A DNA stretch of 64,000 nt from Pseudomonadota bacterium (GCA_041178445.1 JBEGVG010000064.1:34-64033); one strand, 5' to 3'. Shown: positions 8,823 to 17,759, numbered from the stretch's first letter. The notes: generated from the sequence alone by a model not told the origin. Numbers and translations: made by a program.

Positions 8823-8898
8823 TGGTGGAGCTGAGCGGAATCGAACCGCTGACCTCCTCATTGCGAACGAGGCGCTCTCCCAACTGAGCTACAGCCCC
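8823..8898 (-). tRNA. tRNA-Ala (CGC)
   Basis: GGGGCTGTAGCTCAGTTGGGAGAGCGCCTCGTTCGCAATGAGGAGGTCAGCGGTTCGATTCCGCTCAGCTCCACCA. Confidence 0.97.
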
Positions 8899-8999
8899 GA
8901 ACCGAGCGCGGTTTTTAGGGATGGGGGCTGGGGCCGTCAAGCCAGCCCAAGATTTTCAGGCTTTTCGGACCAAGTTCCTGCCGCTACAAGGGAATCACC

Positions 9000-9296
9000 A
9001 TGATGATGAACCCAATCGCCGCCCTGCTGATCCAGGTCCTGGAAATCTACAAATGGATCCTGATCGCCTCCGTGATCGTGAGCTGGCTCACCGCCTTCAA
9101 CGTCATCAATGTCCATAACAATTTCGTCCGCAGCCTGCTGCACATCCTGCAGGCGCTGACCGAACCGGTGCTGGCGCCCATCCGCCGCATCCTGCCCGCA
9201 ATGGGGGGGCTGGACCTGTCGCCCATCGTGGTTTTCGTGCTGATCTGGTTCCTGCAATATACGATCCGCTGGGCGTCGTTTAACTACGGGCTATAG
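9000..9296 (+). CDS. yggT: YggT family membrane protein
   Basis: SWL, LTEPVLAPIRRILP.MGGLDLSPIV. Confidence 0.92.
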   Translation: MMMNPIAALLIQVLEIYKWILIASVIVSWLTAFNVINVHNNFVRSLLHILQALTEPVLAPIRRILPAMGGLDLSPIVVFVLIWFLQYTIRWASFNYGL

Positions 9297-9300
9297 CGTC

Positions 9301-10188
9301 ATGACCGCCACGGTGATCGACGGCAAGGCCAGCGCCGCCCGGGTGCGCGAGAAGATCGCGGCCTATACCGCCGAGCTCAAGGCCAAGCACAATCTGCAGC
9401 CCGGGCTTGCCACCGTGCTGGTGGGCAGCGACCCGGCTTCGGAAGTCTATGTCCGCAACAAGCGCAAGACCGCCGAAGCCATCGGCTTCAAGTCGGTGCA
9501 TGTCGAACTGCCCGCTAATGTCGCGCAAGCCGAACTCTTGTCACAGGTGAAGGCGCTGTGCGCCGATACGAGCGTGCATGGCATCCTGGTGCAATTGCCC
9601 TTGCCCAAGCATCTGGACGAGGCCGCGGTGCTGGACGCGCTGGACCCCGCCAAGGACGTCGATGCGCTGACGCCGACCAATGCCGGGCTGCTGCTGTCGG
9701 GCCGCGCCCATCTGGTGTCCTGCACGCCGGCGGGCGTGATGCTGCTGTTGAAAGAATATGCCGGCGACATTGCCGGCAAGGAGGCGCTGGTGATCGGCCG
9801 CTCGCTCTTGTTCGGCAAGCCGGCGGCGCAATTGCTGCTGGCGGCGAATGCCACCGTCACCATGGCCCATTCGCGCTCAAAGGATTTGCCGGGACTGGCG
9901 CGGCGCGCCGATATTCTGGTGGCGGCGATCGGCAAGCCCGAATTCGTCAAGGGTGACTGGGTCAAGCCGGGCGCGACTGTCATCGATGTCGGCATCAACC
10001 GCGTCGATGCGGGCGAGGGCAAAACCAAGCTGGTCGGCGACGTGGATTATGAATCCGCGAAGGCTGTCGCGGGTGCCATTACCCCGGTGCCTGGCGGCGT
10101 AGGCGCCATGACCATCATCTGCCTGATGCACAACACGCTGATCGCGGCGTGCGCGCAGAACGGGCTCCCGCTACCCAAAGCGCTTTAA
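9301..10188 (+). CDS. folD: Methylenetetrahydrofolate dehydrogenase/cyclohydrolase
   Basis: IDGK, YVRNK, GILVQLPLP, KDVD, ITPVPGGVG. Confidence 0.97.
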   Translation: MTATVIDGKASAARVREKIAAYTAELKAKHNLQPGLATVLVGSDPASEVYVRNKRKTAEAIGFKSVHVELPANVAQAELLSQVKALCADTSVHGILVQLPLPKHLDEAAVLDALDPAKDVDALTPTNAGLLLSGRAHLVSCTPAGVMLLLKEYAGDIAGKEALVIGRSLLFGKPAAQLLLAANATVTMAHSRSKDLPGLARRADILVAAIGKPEFVKGDWVKPGATVIDVGINRVDAGEGKTKLVGDVDYESAKAVAGAITPVPGGVGAMTIICLMHNTLIAACAQNGLPLPKAL

Positions 10189-10190
10189 TC

Positions 10191-10231
10191 CCCACTGTCA
10201 TGGCCCGCACTCGGCGGGCCATGACAGTGGG
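10191..10231. repeat. GTCATGG-type REP-like hairpin (18-bp perfect stem), probable bidirectional terminator
   Basis: CCCACTGTCATGGCCCGC-ACTCG-GCGGGCCATGACAGTGGG between convergent folD and senC. Confidence 0.8.
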
Positions 10232-10233
10232 GA

Positions 10234-10845
10234 CTAAGTTTTCGCTTTCAAATCTTTCGCCAGATCGTCGGGTGAAATCGCTTCGGTGTAGAAGTGGATC
10301 ACCTTGCCGTCCGGCCCCACCAGATACATCACATTGGAATGATCGACGCCGTAATTGCCGCCCTTGGGCGCCTCGCCCAGCGGCTGCTTGACGGCATAGA
10401 CGCGAAATTTCTTCTCGACGTCTTTTATCTCGGCCACGCTGCCGGTCAGGCCGACGAAACTGGGGCCGAAGGCTTTCACATACTCCGCCAGGACCTCGGG
10501 CGTGTCGCGTTCGGGGTCGACGGTAATGAGGACCGGCACGATCTTCTTGGCATCGGGGCCCAACTGGTCCAGCGCCTCGGCCATCACCGCTAACGTGGTG
10601 GGACAGATATCCGGACAGAAGGTGAAGCCGAAATAGATCAGCATATAGCGGCCGCGAAAATCGCTATCGCCGCGCGGCTTGCCGGTATGGTCGGTCAGGC
10701 GGAATGGTCCGCCCACCTCCATCTTGCCGGTCGAGACGACGCGGCCCAGCCGCGGCACCTGCTCGCTCTGATACCAAAGCAGGCCGCCCGCCAGTGCGGC
10801 GACCAGCAGCAGATAAGGGATCAAAGCGCGGCTGTTGCGCAGCAT
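10234..10845 (-). CDS. senC: SCO/SenC (PrrC) copper chaperone
   Basis: YFGFTFCPDICP, ITVDPERD, VDHS; divergent from regB. Confidence 0.93.
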   Translation of the reverse strand: MLRNSRALIPYLLLVAALAGGLLWYQSEQVPRLGRVVSTGKMEVGGPFRLTDHTGKPRGDSDFRGRYMLIYFGFTFCPDICPTTLAVMAEALDQLGPDAKKIVPVLITVDPERDTPEVLAEYVKAFGPSFVGLTGSVAEIKDVEKKFRVYAVKQPLGEAPKGGNYGVDHSNVMYLVGPDGKVIHFYTEAISPDDLAKDLKAKT

Positions 10846-10919
10846 GCTTTTTCCGTTTGGCTGGTCATGCTCTAATCCGGATTGCCTTTCCAGGGAAGCA
10901 TTCAGTGGCACGCAAGGAA

Positions 10920-12293
10920 ATGACCCGGGGCTTTGCCCAGGGTGCGGGCGGCGGCCGCCGGGTGCGCCTGCGCACCCTGTCCAACCTGCGCTGGCTGGCG
11001 ATTGTCGGCCAGTCGGTCGCTTTGTTCCTGGTCTATTTCGCGCTCGGCTATCCCTTGCCGATTGTCCATTGCGCACTGGCCATCGCCGTCAGCGCCGCGC
11101 TCAATGTCGTGCTGGCGCTGCGCTATCCCGCCGCCCATCGCCTGACCAACCGCGAAGCCACATTCTATCTGGCCTTTGACGTGCTGCAGCTGGCGGCGCT
11201 GCTCTATCTCACCGGCGGCCTGGCCAATCCCTTTGCGCTGATGTTCTTGGGCCCGGTGGTGATCGCCGCCACCACGCTCAATCTGGGCAATGTACTGATC
11301 CTGGCTTTCATCGCCTTTGCCTCGGTGTCGGTGATCGCCATCGAACATCAACCGCTGCCCTGGCCGGCAGGCGATGTCCTGATACTGCCCCAGCTTTATC
11401 AGGCGGGCATCTGGACCGCGCTGGTGATCGGCATTGGTTTCACATCGGTTTATGCCTGGCGAATCGCATCGGAATCGGCACGCATGTCGGCGGGGCTTGC
11501 CGCCACCCAACTGGCACTATCGCGCGAGCATCGGCTGGCGGCGCTGGGCGCGCTGGCCACGGCGGCGGCGCATGAGCTGGGCACGCCGCTGGGCACCATC
11601 GCGGTGGTGGCGCGCGAGCTGGAACGCGCCCTGCCGGAAAATTCCGCCGAGATCGAGGATGTGCGCCTTTTGCGGGCCCAGGCCGAACGCTGCCGCGCCA
11701 TCATCGCCCGTCTTGCCAATCCGGAAGAGGCGCTGCTGGGCGCCACCGCGCGTCTGCCGCTGGGCGCCCTTCTGGACGATATCGCCGCGCCCCATCGCGG
11801 CGAGGATCTGGAAATTCTTGTCACTGTCGCAACGCCGCCCTCTTCTGGAACAATGGGCGATGCGCCGGCGCCGCAAGTGTGGCGTGCGCCCGAACTGCTG
11901 CACGGATTGGGGAACATCATCGAGAATGCCGCCGACTTCGCCCACTCTCTGGTGGCGGTGCATGCCGAGTGGGACGACCAGACCCTGCGCATTTCCGTGA
12001 CCGATGACGGCCCCGGCTTTGCGCCCGAAATCTTCGAGGCACTGGGCGAGCCCTACATCACCTCGCGCCCCGGCCATCATGCGCTGTCCGAAACCGAGAT
12101 CGGCCCGCAAGGCGCGCTGGACGAACATGAAGGCATGGGGCTAGGCTTCTTTATCGCCAAAATCCTGCTGGAACAGACCGGCGGCGTGGTTAAGGCCGAC
12201 AATCCCCCGGGCGGTGGGGCGCAGGTTTCGGTGCGCTGGCCCCGGGGTGTAATCGATGGGGCGCAGCCTCCGGCCCAGAACGAGCCGGCCTGA
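10920..12293 (+). CDS. regB: Redox sensor histidine kinase RegB/PrrB/ActS
   Basis: RLRTLSNLRW, GGLANPF quinone motif, AAHELGTPL, ERCR. Confidence 0.95.
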   Translation: MTRGFAQGAGGGRRVRLRTLSNLRWLAIVGQSVALFLVYFALGYPLPIVHCALAIAVSAALNVVLALRYPAAHRLTNREATFYLAFDVLQLAALLYLTGGLANPFALMFLGPVVIAATTLNLGNVLILAFIAFASVSVIAIEHQPLPWPAGDVLILPQLYQAGIWTALVIGIGFTSVYAWRIASESARMSAGLAATQLALSREHRLAALGALATAAAHELGTPLGTIAVVARELERALPENSAEIEDVRLLRAQAERCRAIIARLANPEEALLGATARLPLGALLDDIAAPHRGEDLEILVTVATPPSSGTMGDAPAPQVWRAPELLHGLGNIIENAADFAHSLVAVHAEWDDQTLRISVTDDGPGFAPEIFEALGEPYITSRPGHHALSETEIGPQGALDEHEGMGLGFFIAKILLEQTGGVVKADNPPGGGAQVSVRWPRGVIDGAQPPAQNEPA

Positions 12294-12334
12294 AAGTTTG
12301 ACGGTTTGTTAAAAGGGTACTAAAGGCCCCCGCA

Positions 12335-12868
12335 ATGACCGGCGAAGACAAGACCTTGCTTCTGGTCGAGGATGACCGTCCCCTGCGCGAACGACTGGCG
12401 CGGGCGCTGGAGACCCGTGGTTTTATCGTGGTCCAGGCCGAGTCGGTGGCCGAGGGCAAGGCCCAGGCCAAGGACGCGCCGCCGGCCTATGCCGTGGTCG
12501 ATCTCAAGCTGGACGACGGCAACGGGCTGGATGTGGTGGAAACGCTGCACACCACCCGCCCCGACAGCCGTGTGGTGGTGCTGACCGGCTTCGGCAATAT
12601 CGCCACCGCCGTCGCCGCCGTGAAATATGGCGCGATCGATTACCTGCCCAAGCCTGCCGATGCCGACGATATCCTGGCGGCGCTGATGGCGGTGCCGGGC
12701 TCCAAGCCCAAGCCGCCGGAAAATCCCATGTCGGCCGACCGCGTGCGCTGGGAGCATATCCTGCGGGTCTATGAACTGTGCGGCCACAATGTTTCGGAAA
12801 CGGCGCGCCGGCTCAACATGCATCGCCGCACCCTGCAGCGCATTCTCGCCAAGCGCTCGCCGCGCTAG
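12335..12868 (+). CDS. regA: Response regulator RegA/PrrA/ActR
   Basis: PENPMSADRVRWEHI.RVYELC..NVSETARRLNMHRRTLQRILAKRSPR. Confidence 0.97.
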   Translation: MTGEDKTLLLVEDDRPLRERLARALETRGFIVVQAESVAEGKAQAKDAPPAYAVVDLKLDDGNGLDVVETLHTTRPDSRVVVLTGFGNIATAVAAVKYGAIDYLPKPADADDILAALMAVPGSKPKPPENPMSADRVRWEHILRVYELCGHNVSETARRLNMHRRTLQRILAKRSPR

Positions 12869-13773
12869 GCGTTCGCTGTCGCCGTCTGCGCAATCCGCGA
12901 CGGTTTTTTCCACAAAGCGGGTGCGCCCCGGATAAGTCCCACCGCCAGAAGCATGGTCGCGGCGCCCGCGATCATGTCCATCAGATAGTGCCCGCCAAAG
13001 AAGGGTACGGATGCCAGCATCACCAGATTGAGCGCGGCGATCATCCAGCCCGCGGGACCGGTGCCGCGGAAGGCCCAGATGTAAGCCAGCGCCATGGCGG
13101 TGTGGAAAGACGGAAAACTTACCACGCCCGTCATGCCTGACAGGGCAAAGCGAAGATTCTCCCCGCTCAGGATATGCTCCATCACCGGCACGAAGCCGGT
13201 ATGGGTTGCGATATTGTATAGCTTCGATGGCCCCGGAGCGGGGAGCAGCAATGTGCCGGCACAGGCCATCAGACCGCACAGCCCGAACATCCAGAACATT
13301 TCGCGTAAGCGATCCTTGCGCCCCATCACCGCCAGCAGCACGCCGAAATACAGGCCCTGATACACCAGGCTGTGATAGGCAAAGCCCAGCACGCTCTTGA
13401 GCATGGGATGCTGTTCCACGAAGCGATAGCCGGCGAGCCAGTCGAACCCCAGCACCTGATCCATCGCCATCAGCCGCGCGTCCACCAACGGCCCCGCGGA
13501 CGCCAGGCAGAGATAAGACAAGGCACAAATGGCGGTCGAGGAGATCAGGGTCAGCCCGAAATACTCGGCCATCAACGCGCCCCTGGTCAGACGCGAAAGC
13601 TGCAGACCCAGCGTGAGGGCGAAAATCAGCGACGGCAGCAGGAAGTCGTTACGGGTGACGGTAAATTCCAGCGGGATACGCAACGCCCAGACGGCGTCCA
13701 GCACGATGAGCGCGCTGACCGCGCACCATTCTGGCACAAATTCGCTTCCAAGCCTGTGTTTCAGCCCCGTCAT
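12865..13773 (-). CDS. PAP2-family membrane phosphoesterase (AUR1/PAP2_3-like)
   Basis: PAPGP, VSFPSFHT, GGHYLMD. Confidence 0.85.
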   Translation of the reverse strand: MTGLKHRLGSEFVPEWCAVSALIVLDAVWALRIPLEFTVTRNDFLLPSLIFALTLGLQLSRLTRGALMAEYFGLTLISSTAICALSYLCLASAGPLVDARLMAMDQVLGFDWLAGYRFVEQHPMLKSVLGFAYHSLVYQGLYFGVLLAVMGRKDRLREMFWMFGLCGLMACAGTLLLPAPGPSKLYNIATHTGFVPVMEHILSGENLRFALSGMTGVVSFPSFHTAMALAYIWAFRGTGPAGWMIAALNLVMLASVPFFGGHYLMDMIAGAATMLLAVGLIRGAPALWKKPSRIAQTATANA

Positions 13774-13805
13774 GGGCGGGGCATTGCAAGCCCGTCACCA
13801 GAAAC

Positions 13806-14183
13806 TCAGCGCTTAACCGTCTTTGGAATTTTTCTCTTCGCGGTCGCTTTTTTCGCTTTGCGCCGGGGCTTGTCCGCCAGCTGGGCGGCGCGGCCCACCA
13901 GCATGTCCTTGAGCGTCTTCTTGTCCAGCGCCGACAGCCGCGCCAGCACATAGGGGAAATTCTTATAGTGATCGGTGATGTAGAAAAGCTTAGACTCGGC
14001 TTCCAGCATCATGTCGCGCATTTTCATCGAGCCGATGCGCAGCACCATGGCCTCTTCCTTGTCATGCACCTTGGTAAGGAACTGGTCGTGGATGAAGACC
14101 GCGGGCCGGTTGAACCACAGGGTCTCCACACTGCCCGGCAGCGACAGGGCGATCTTCCAGCCTTCCTTGCGGCTAATCGGCAT
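13806..14183 (-). CDS. MmcQ/YjbR-family protein with basic tail
   Basis: IALSLPG...FYITDHYKNFPYVLARL; start overlaps mmcB stop by 11 nt. Confidence 0.75.
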   Translation of the reverse strand: MPISRKEGWKIALSLPGSVETLWFNRPAVFIHDQFLTKVHDKEEAMVLRIGSMKMRDMMLEAESKLFYITDHYKNFPYVLARLSALDKKTLKDMLVGRAAQLADKPRRKAKKATAKRKIPKTVKR

Positions 14184-14640
14184 CGGGCACCACCAGATTG
14201 GGGTTCTGCGCGCACGCGATGGCTTCCAGGTTGCGCGACAGCCGCTCGGCGGCGCAGCGCGCGAAGCTGACAGTGACCGCCTTGCGGCGGCTGGCATGCA
14301 GGCTCTGGGCCTCGGCTTCCTTCACAATCGCGCCGCCATAACGATCGGCCACGATCAGCCCGGTCTGGTGCGGCACATGCTCATCGGGGAAATCCGGCGG
14401 AATGGCGAAATAGAACAGGTCGCAGTAATCCAGATATTCCGGCCACTTCGTGTCGCAACGCAGATCGGCCAGCGCCACCTTGATTTCCACGCCCAGCATC
14501 TCGCCGCCCGGACCGATGGCGGCGACATCCAGCCGCCGGCCATTGGGCAGGGTGAATTCCAGGATGGGGGAATAGCCCTCTTCCAGCAGAAGGCGGCTCA
14601 CCCCGCGCGCGACATCCATCGCGGTGGAAGAAGAGATCAT
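14173..14640 (-). CDS. mmcB: MmcB-family DNA repair endonuclease (DUF1052)
   Basis: EFTLPNGRRLDV, VEIKV...D.KWPEYLDYCD.FYFA, GLIVADRYG, LHASRRKA. Confidence 0.9.
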   Translation of the reverse strand: MISSSTAMDVARGVSRLLLEEGYSPILEFTLPNGRRLDVAAIGPGGEMLGVEIKVALADLRCDTKWPEYLDYCDLFYFAIPPDFPDEHVPHQTGLIVADRYGGAIVKEAEAQSLHASRRKAVTVSFARCAAERLSRNLEAIACAQNPNLVVPDAD

Positions 14641-14647
14641 ATCACTA

Positions 14648-14740
14648 TCACCATGGGCGGCCTTGAGCCGCCCATCCAGAGTCAAAGGCTCGATTTCAGT
14701 TTGAAGTTCTGGATGGCCGGGTCAAGGCCGGCCATGGTGA
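14648..14740. repeat. REP-like doublet (CCATGG...ATCCAG / CTGGAT...CCATGG)
   Basis: TCACCATGGGCGGCCTTGAGCCGCCCATCCAG ... CTGGATGGCCGGGTCAAGGCCGGCCATGGTGA. Confidence 0.85.
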
Positions 14741-14746
14741 GGGTGG

Positions 14747-14812
14747 TTACAAGCTGCCCTTCGAAGACGGCGACGCGCCGTCCAATCGTTCGTCGGGCGT
14801 AATGGCCTGGCG
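14747..14812 (-). pseudogene. Displaced, synonymously divergent copy of the last 22 codons of hisB
   Basis: Encodes [21 protein letters not shown], identical to the hisB C-terminus; 56/66 nt identical to 14861-14926. Confidence 0.93.
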
Positions 14813-14860
14813 CCCCGCGAGCGGAGGCGAGCAAAAATAATGCTTTGCGACAGGCCAGCG

Positions 14861-15448
14861 TTACAGGCTGCCTTTGGAGGAGGGAGACGCGCCGTCCAAG
14901 CGTTCATCCGGCGTTATGGCCTGGCGCAAAGCCCGCGCCAGACCCTTGAAGCAGGTCTCGACGATGTGATGGCTGTTGTCGGCATACAGATTCTCGATGT
15001 GGAGGCACGCGCCGGAATTCTGGGCGAAGGCCTGGAACCATTCCTTGAACAGCTCGGTGTCCATCTCCCCCAGCTTGGGCTTGGGGATCGTCACCTTCCA
15101 GATCAGATAGGGGCGGTTGGACAGGTCCAGCGCCACGCGGGTCAGGGCCTCGTCCATCGGGATCAGGGCCGAGCCGAAACGGGTAATGCCGGAAAAATCG
15201 CCCAGCGCCTGTTTCACCGCCTGGCCGATGACGATCGCGGTGTCCTCGGTGGTGTGGTGATAGTCGACATGCAGGTCGCCGGTGGCGCGCACTTTCAGGT
15301 CGATCATGGAATGGCGCGCGAAGCTTTCCAGCATATGGTCCAGGAACCCGATGCCGGTATCGATATCGGCATCGCCGGCCCCGTCCAGGTCGAGGGAGAC
15401 GGCTATCTCGGTCTCGCGGGTCTTTCGTTCGACGGTGGCGGTGCGCAT
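14861..15448 (-). CDS. hisB: Imidazoleglycerol-phosphate dehydratase
   Basis: [33 protein letters not shown]. Confidence 0.97.
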   Translation of the reverse strand: MRTATVERKTRETEIAVSLDLDGAGDADIDTGIGFLDHMLESFARHSMIDLKVRATGDLHVDYHHTTEDTAIVIGQAVKQALGDFSGITRFGSALIPMDEALTRVALDLSNRPYLIWKVTIPKPKLGEMDTELFKEWFQAFAQNSGACLHIENLYADNSHHIVETCFKGLARALRQAITPDERLDGASPSSKGSL

Positions 15449-15465
15449 TCGGTCTCTTTCAGCAG

Positions 15466-15567
15466 CTCAGGCCCGCCTCCCCATCGTGCGCGTCAGCGCA
15501 CAAGAGGGGAGGTGGTTTCAGCGATCGAGGCGCGCCAAGCGCCGAGAGGAAGCTGAAACCGGAGGGG
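15466..15567 (-). repeat. CCCCTCC...GGGGAG palindromic intergenic element, copy A
   Basis: Reverse complement shares CCCCTCCGGTTTCAGCTT, GCTGAAACCACCTCCCC and GGGGAGGCGGnCCTGAG with 16912-17007. Confidence 0.88.
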
Positions 15568-15628
15568 AAAATCGAACAAACCGCTGTATAGCACGGGTTT
15601 CGGGGTGGGGAATCCCCTGTGGCGCCAG

Positions 15629-15683
15629 AGGATATGTCATTTTTGGCATATCCTGTTGACCCCCCCGGCAAACCCTGTAAAGA
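15629..15683 (+). promoter_or_regulatory. Operator-like inverted repeat plus sigma70-type promoter of metK
   Basis: AGGATATGTCA-TTTT-TGGCATATCCT abutting TTGACC-N16-TAAAGA. Confidence 0.6.
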
Positions 15684-15714
15684 AGGCGCGCTTCCAACGT
15701 TAAGGACCTCCCGA

Positions 15715-16905
15715 ATGGCGCGTTCCGACTATCTGTTCACCTCCGAAAGCGTTTCGGAAGGTCATCCCGACAAGGTCAGCGACCGCATCTCCGACGAGGT
15801 GGTGGATCTGTTCTTCCGCGAAGGCCCCAAGGAAGGCATGAGCCCCTGGGACATCCGCGCCGCCTGCGAAACCCTTTGCACCACCAACCGCGTCGTCATC
15901 GCCGGCGAAACCCGCGGCCCCAAGTCGGTCGGTCCTGCGGAAGTGGAAGAAGTGGCGCGCGCCGCCATCAAGGACATTGGCTACGAGCAGGACGGCTTTC
16001 ACTGGAAGACCGCACAGGTCGAAGTGTTGCTGCACGCCCAGTCGGCCCATATCGCCCAGGGCGTTGACGCTTCGGGCAACAAGGATGAAGGCGCGGGCGA
16101 TCAGGGCATCATGTTCGGCTATGCCTGCCGCGAAACCCCGGCCCTGATGCCGGCGCCGCTGTTCTACAGCCACAAGATTCTCGAACTGCTGGCCAAGGTC
16201 CGCCATTCGGGCAAGGAACCGACCCTGCTGCCCGACGCCAAGTCGCAGGTCACCCTGCGCTATGTGGGCGGCAAGCCGGTGGAAGCGACCCAGATCGTGC
16301 TGTCCACCCAGCACGCCCATGAATCCCAGACCAGCGCCGACATCCGCAAGATCGTGGAGCCTTACATCCGCGAAGCGCTGCCCAAGGAATGGATCAACGA
16401 AAAGACCGTGTGGCACATCAATCCCACCGGTTCCTTCGTGATCGGCGGTCCGGACGGCGACTGTGGCCTGACCGGGCGCAAGATCATCGTCGACACCTAT
16501 GGCGGCGCAGCTCCGCATGGCGGCGGCGCTTTCTCCGGCAAGGACTCCACCAAGGTGGACCGTTCGGCTGCCTATGCCGCCCGCTATCTCGCCAAGAACG
16601 TCGTGGCGTCGGGTGTTGCCGACCGCTGCACCCTTCAGCTGGCCTATGCGATCGGCGTTGCCGAGCCGCTGAGCGTCTATGTTGATCTGCATGGCACCGG
16701 CAAGGTGGACGAAGCCAAGCTGGAACTGATCCTGCCGCAGTTGATGAACCTGAAGCCGCGCGGCATCCGCGAGCATCTGGACCTCAACAAGCCGATCTTC
16801 GCCCGCACCGCCGCCTATGGCCATTTCGGCCGCGAGCCCGATGCCGAAGGCGGCTTCTCCTGGGAGAAGACCGACCTGGCCGACAAGATCAAGGCGGCGC
16901 TTTAA
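15715..16905 (+). CDS. metK: S-adenosylmethionine synthetase
   Basis: [30 protein letters not shown]-type motif ([11 protein letters not shown]). Confidence 0.98.
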   Translation: MARSDYLFTSESVSEGHPDKVSDRISDEVVDLFFREGPKEGMSPWDIRAACETLCTTNRVVIAGETRGPKSVGPAEVEEVARAAIKDIGYEQDGFHWKTAQVEVLLHAQSAHIAQGVDASGNKDEGAGDQGIMFGYACRETPALMPAPLFYSHKILELLAKVRHSGKEPTLLPDAKSQVTLRYVGGKPVEATQIVLSTQHAHESQTSADIRKIVEPYIREALPKEWINEKTVWHINPTGSFVIGGPDGDCGLTGRKIIVDTYGGAAPHGGGAFSGKDSTKVDRSAAYAARYLAKNVVASGVADRCTLQLAYAIGVAEPLSVYVDLHGTGKVDEAKLELILPQLMNLKPRGIREHLDLNKPIFARTAAYGHFGREPDAEGGFSWEKTDLADKIKAAL

Positions 16906-16911
16906 AGCGAC

Positions 16912-17007
16912 CCCCTCCGGTTTCAGCTTTCGCGAAGCTTCGCTTCGCACGCTGAAACCACCTCCCCCTCAGATGCGCTGCGCGCATGAAGGGGAGGCGG
17001 ACCTGAG
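16912..17007 (+). repeat. CCCCTCC...GGGGAG palindromic intergenic element, copy B (inverted relative to copy A)
   Basis: Same stems as 15466-15567, different loop sequences. Confidence 0.88.
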
Positions 17008-17057
17008 TAACCGCCCGCAGGCTCGCGCCTGCGGGCGGAATGCTGTCTAAGGCACCG

Positions 17058-17759
17058 ATGTCCGACGCGCCCGACCATCCCGACCGCAACCGCCGCAAGC
17101 TCTATGGCCGGCGCAAGGGGCCAAAGCTGTCGCCGCGACAGGCGGGGCTGCGTACAACCTTGCTGGGCGAGCTTGCTTTGCAGGTTGGCCCTGAGCCGCT
17201 GGGCCAGTTTCCGAACACTGTTCAAGAGGTTTGGCTGGAGGTCGGTTTGGGCGCCGGGGAGCATCTAGTATGGCAGGCGACTCACCATCCCCATGTCGGG
17301 ATGATCGGCGCCGAGCCTTATGAGATGGGCGTCGCCAAGCTATTGACCAAGCTGGAAGAAACACCCCTGAACACCGTTCGCATTCATGAAGGGGACGGGC
17401 GGGATATTATTGAAGCCCTGCCGGATTCTAGTCTTGGACGGTTTTTTTTGCTGTTCCCCGATCCCTGGCCCAAAACCCGGCATCACAAACGGCGCTTCTT
17501 GCAGATGGAGATGCTGGACCAGCTTGCCCGGGTGCTCAAAGACGGCGCGGAACTTCGCTTTGCCACGGACGACAAAAGCTATCTGCCCTATGCCCTGGAG
17601 CGGCTGATGGCCCACCCGGCCTTCGAATGGCTGGCGACAGGGCCCTCGGACTGGAAAAGCCGGCCCGAGGACTGGCCGCCAACCCGTTATGAAACCAAGG
17701 CAATCAAGGGTCCGCCGACCTTTCTAAGGTTCCGGCGCAGGACTAGGCTGGCATCATGA
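17058..17759 (+). CDS. trmB: tRNA (guanine-N7)-methyltransferase
   Basis: LEVGLGAGEHL, IGAEPY, FPDPWPKTRHHKRR, TRYETKA. Confidence 0.95.
   Translation: MSDAPDHPDRNRRKLYGRRKGPKLSPRQAGLRTTLLGELALQVGPEPLGQFPNTVQEVWLEVGLGAGEHLVWQATHHPHVGMIGAEPYEMGVAKLLTKLEETPLNTVRIHEGDGRDIIEALPDSSLGRFFLLFPDPWPKTRHHKRRFLQMEMLDQLARVLKDGAELRFATDDKSYLPYALERLMAHPAFEWLATGPSDWKSRPEDWPPTRYETKAIKGPPTFLRFRRRTRLAS

Noticed and set aside
14641-14746. LexA box upstream of mmcB
   Set aside because: The best candidate, GAAC-N8-GAAA, does not fit GAAC-N7-GAAC and lies inside the REP spacer.
14747-14926. hisB duplication as a DGR template/variable repeat or a CRISPR unit
   Set aside because: Differences are not adenine-specific and are all silent; there are only two copies; no reverse transcriptase or cas gene is present.
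15568-15714. SAM riboswitch in the metK leader
   Set aside because: The predicted leader is only about 25 nt and no SAM-II or SAM-SAH motif is recognisable.
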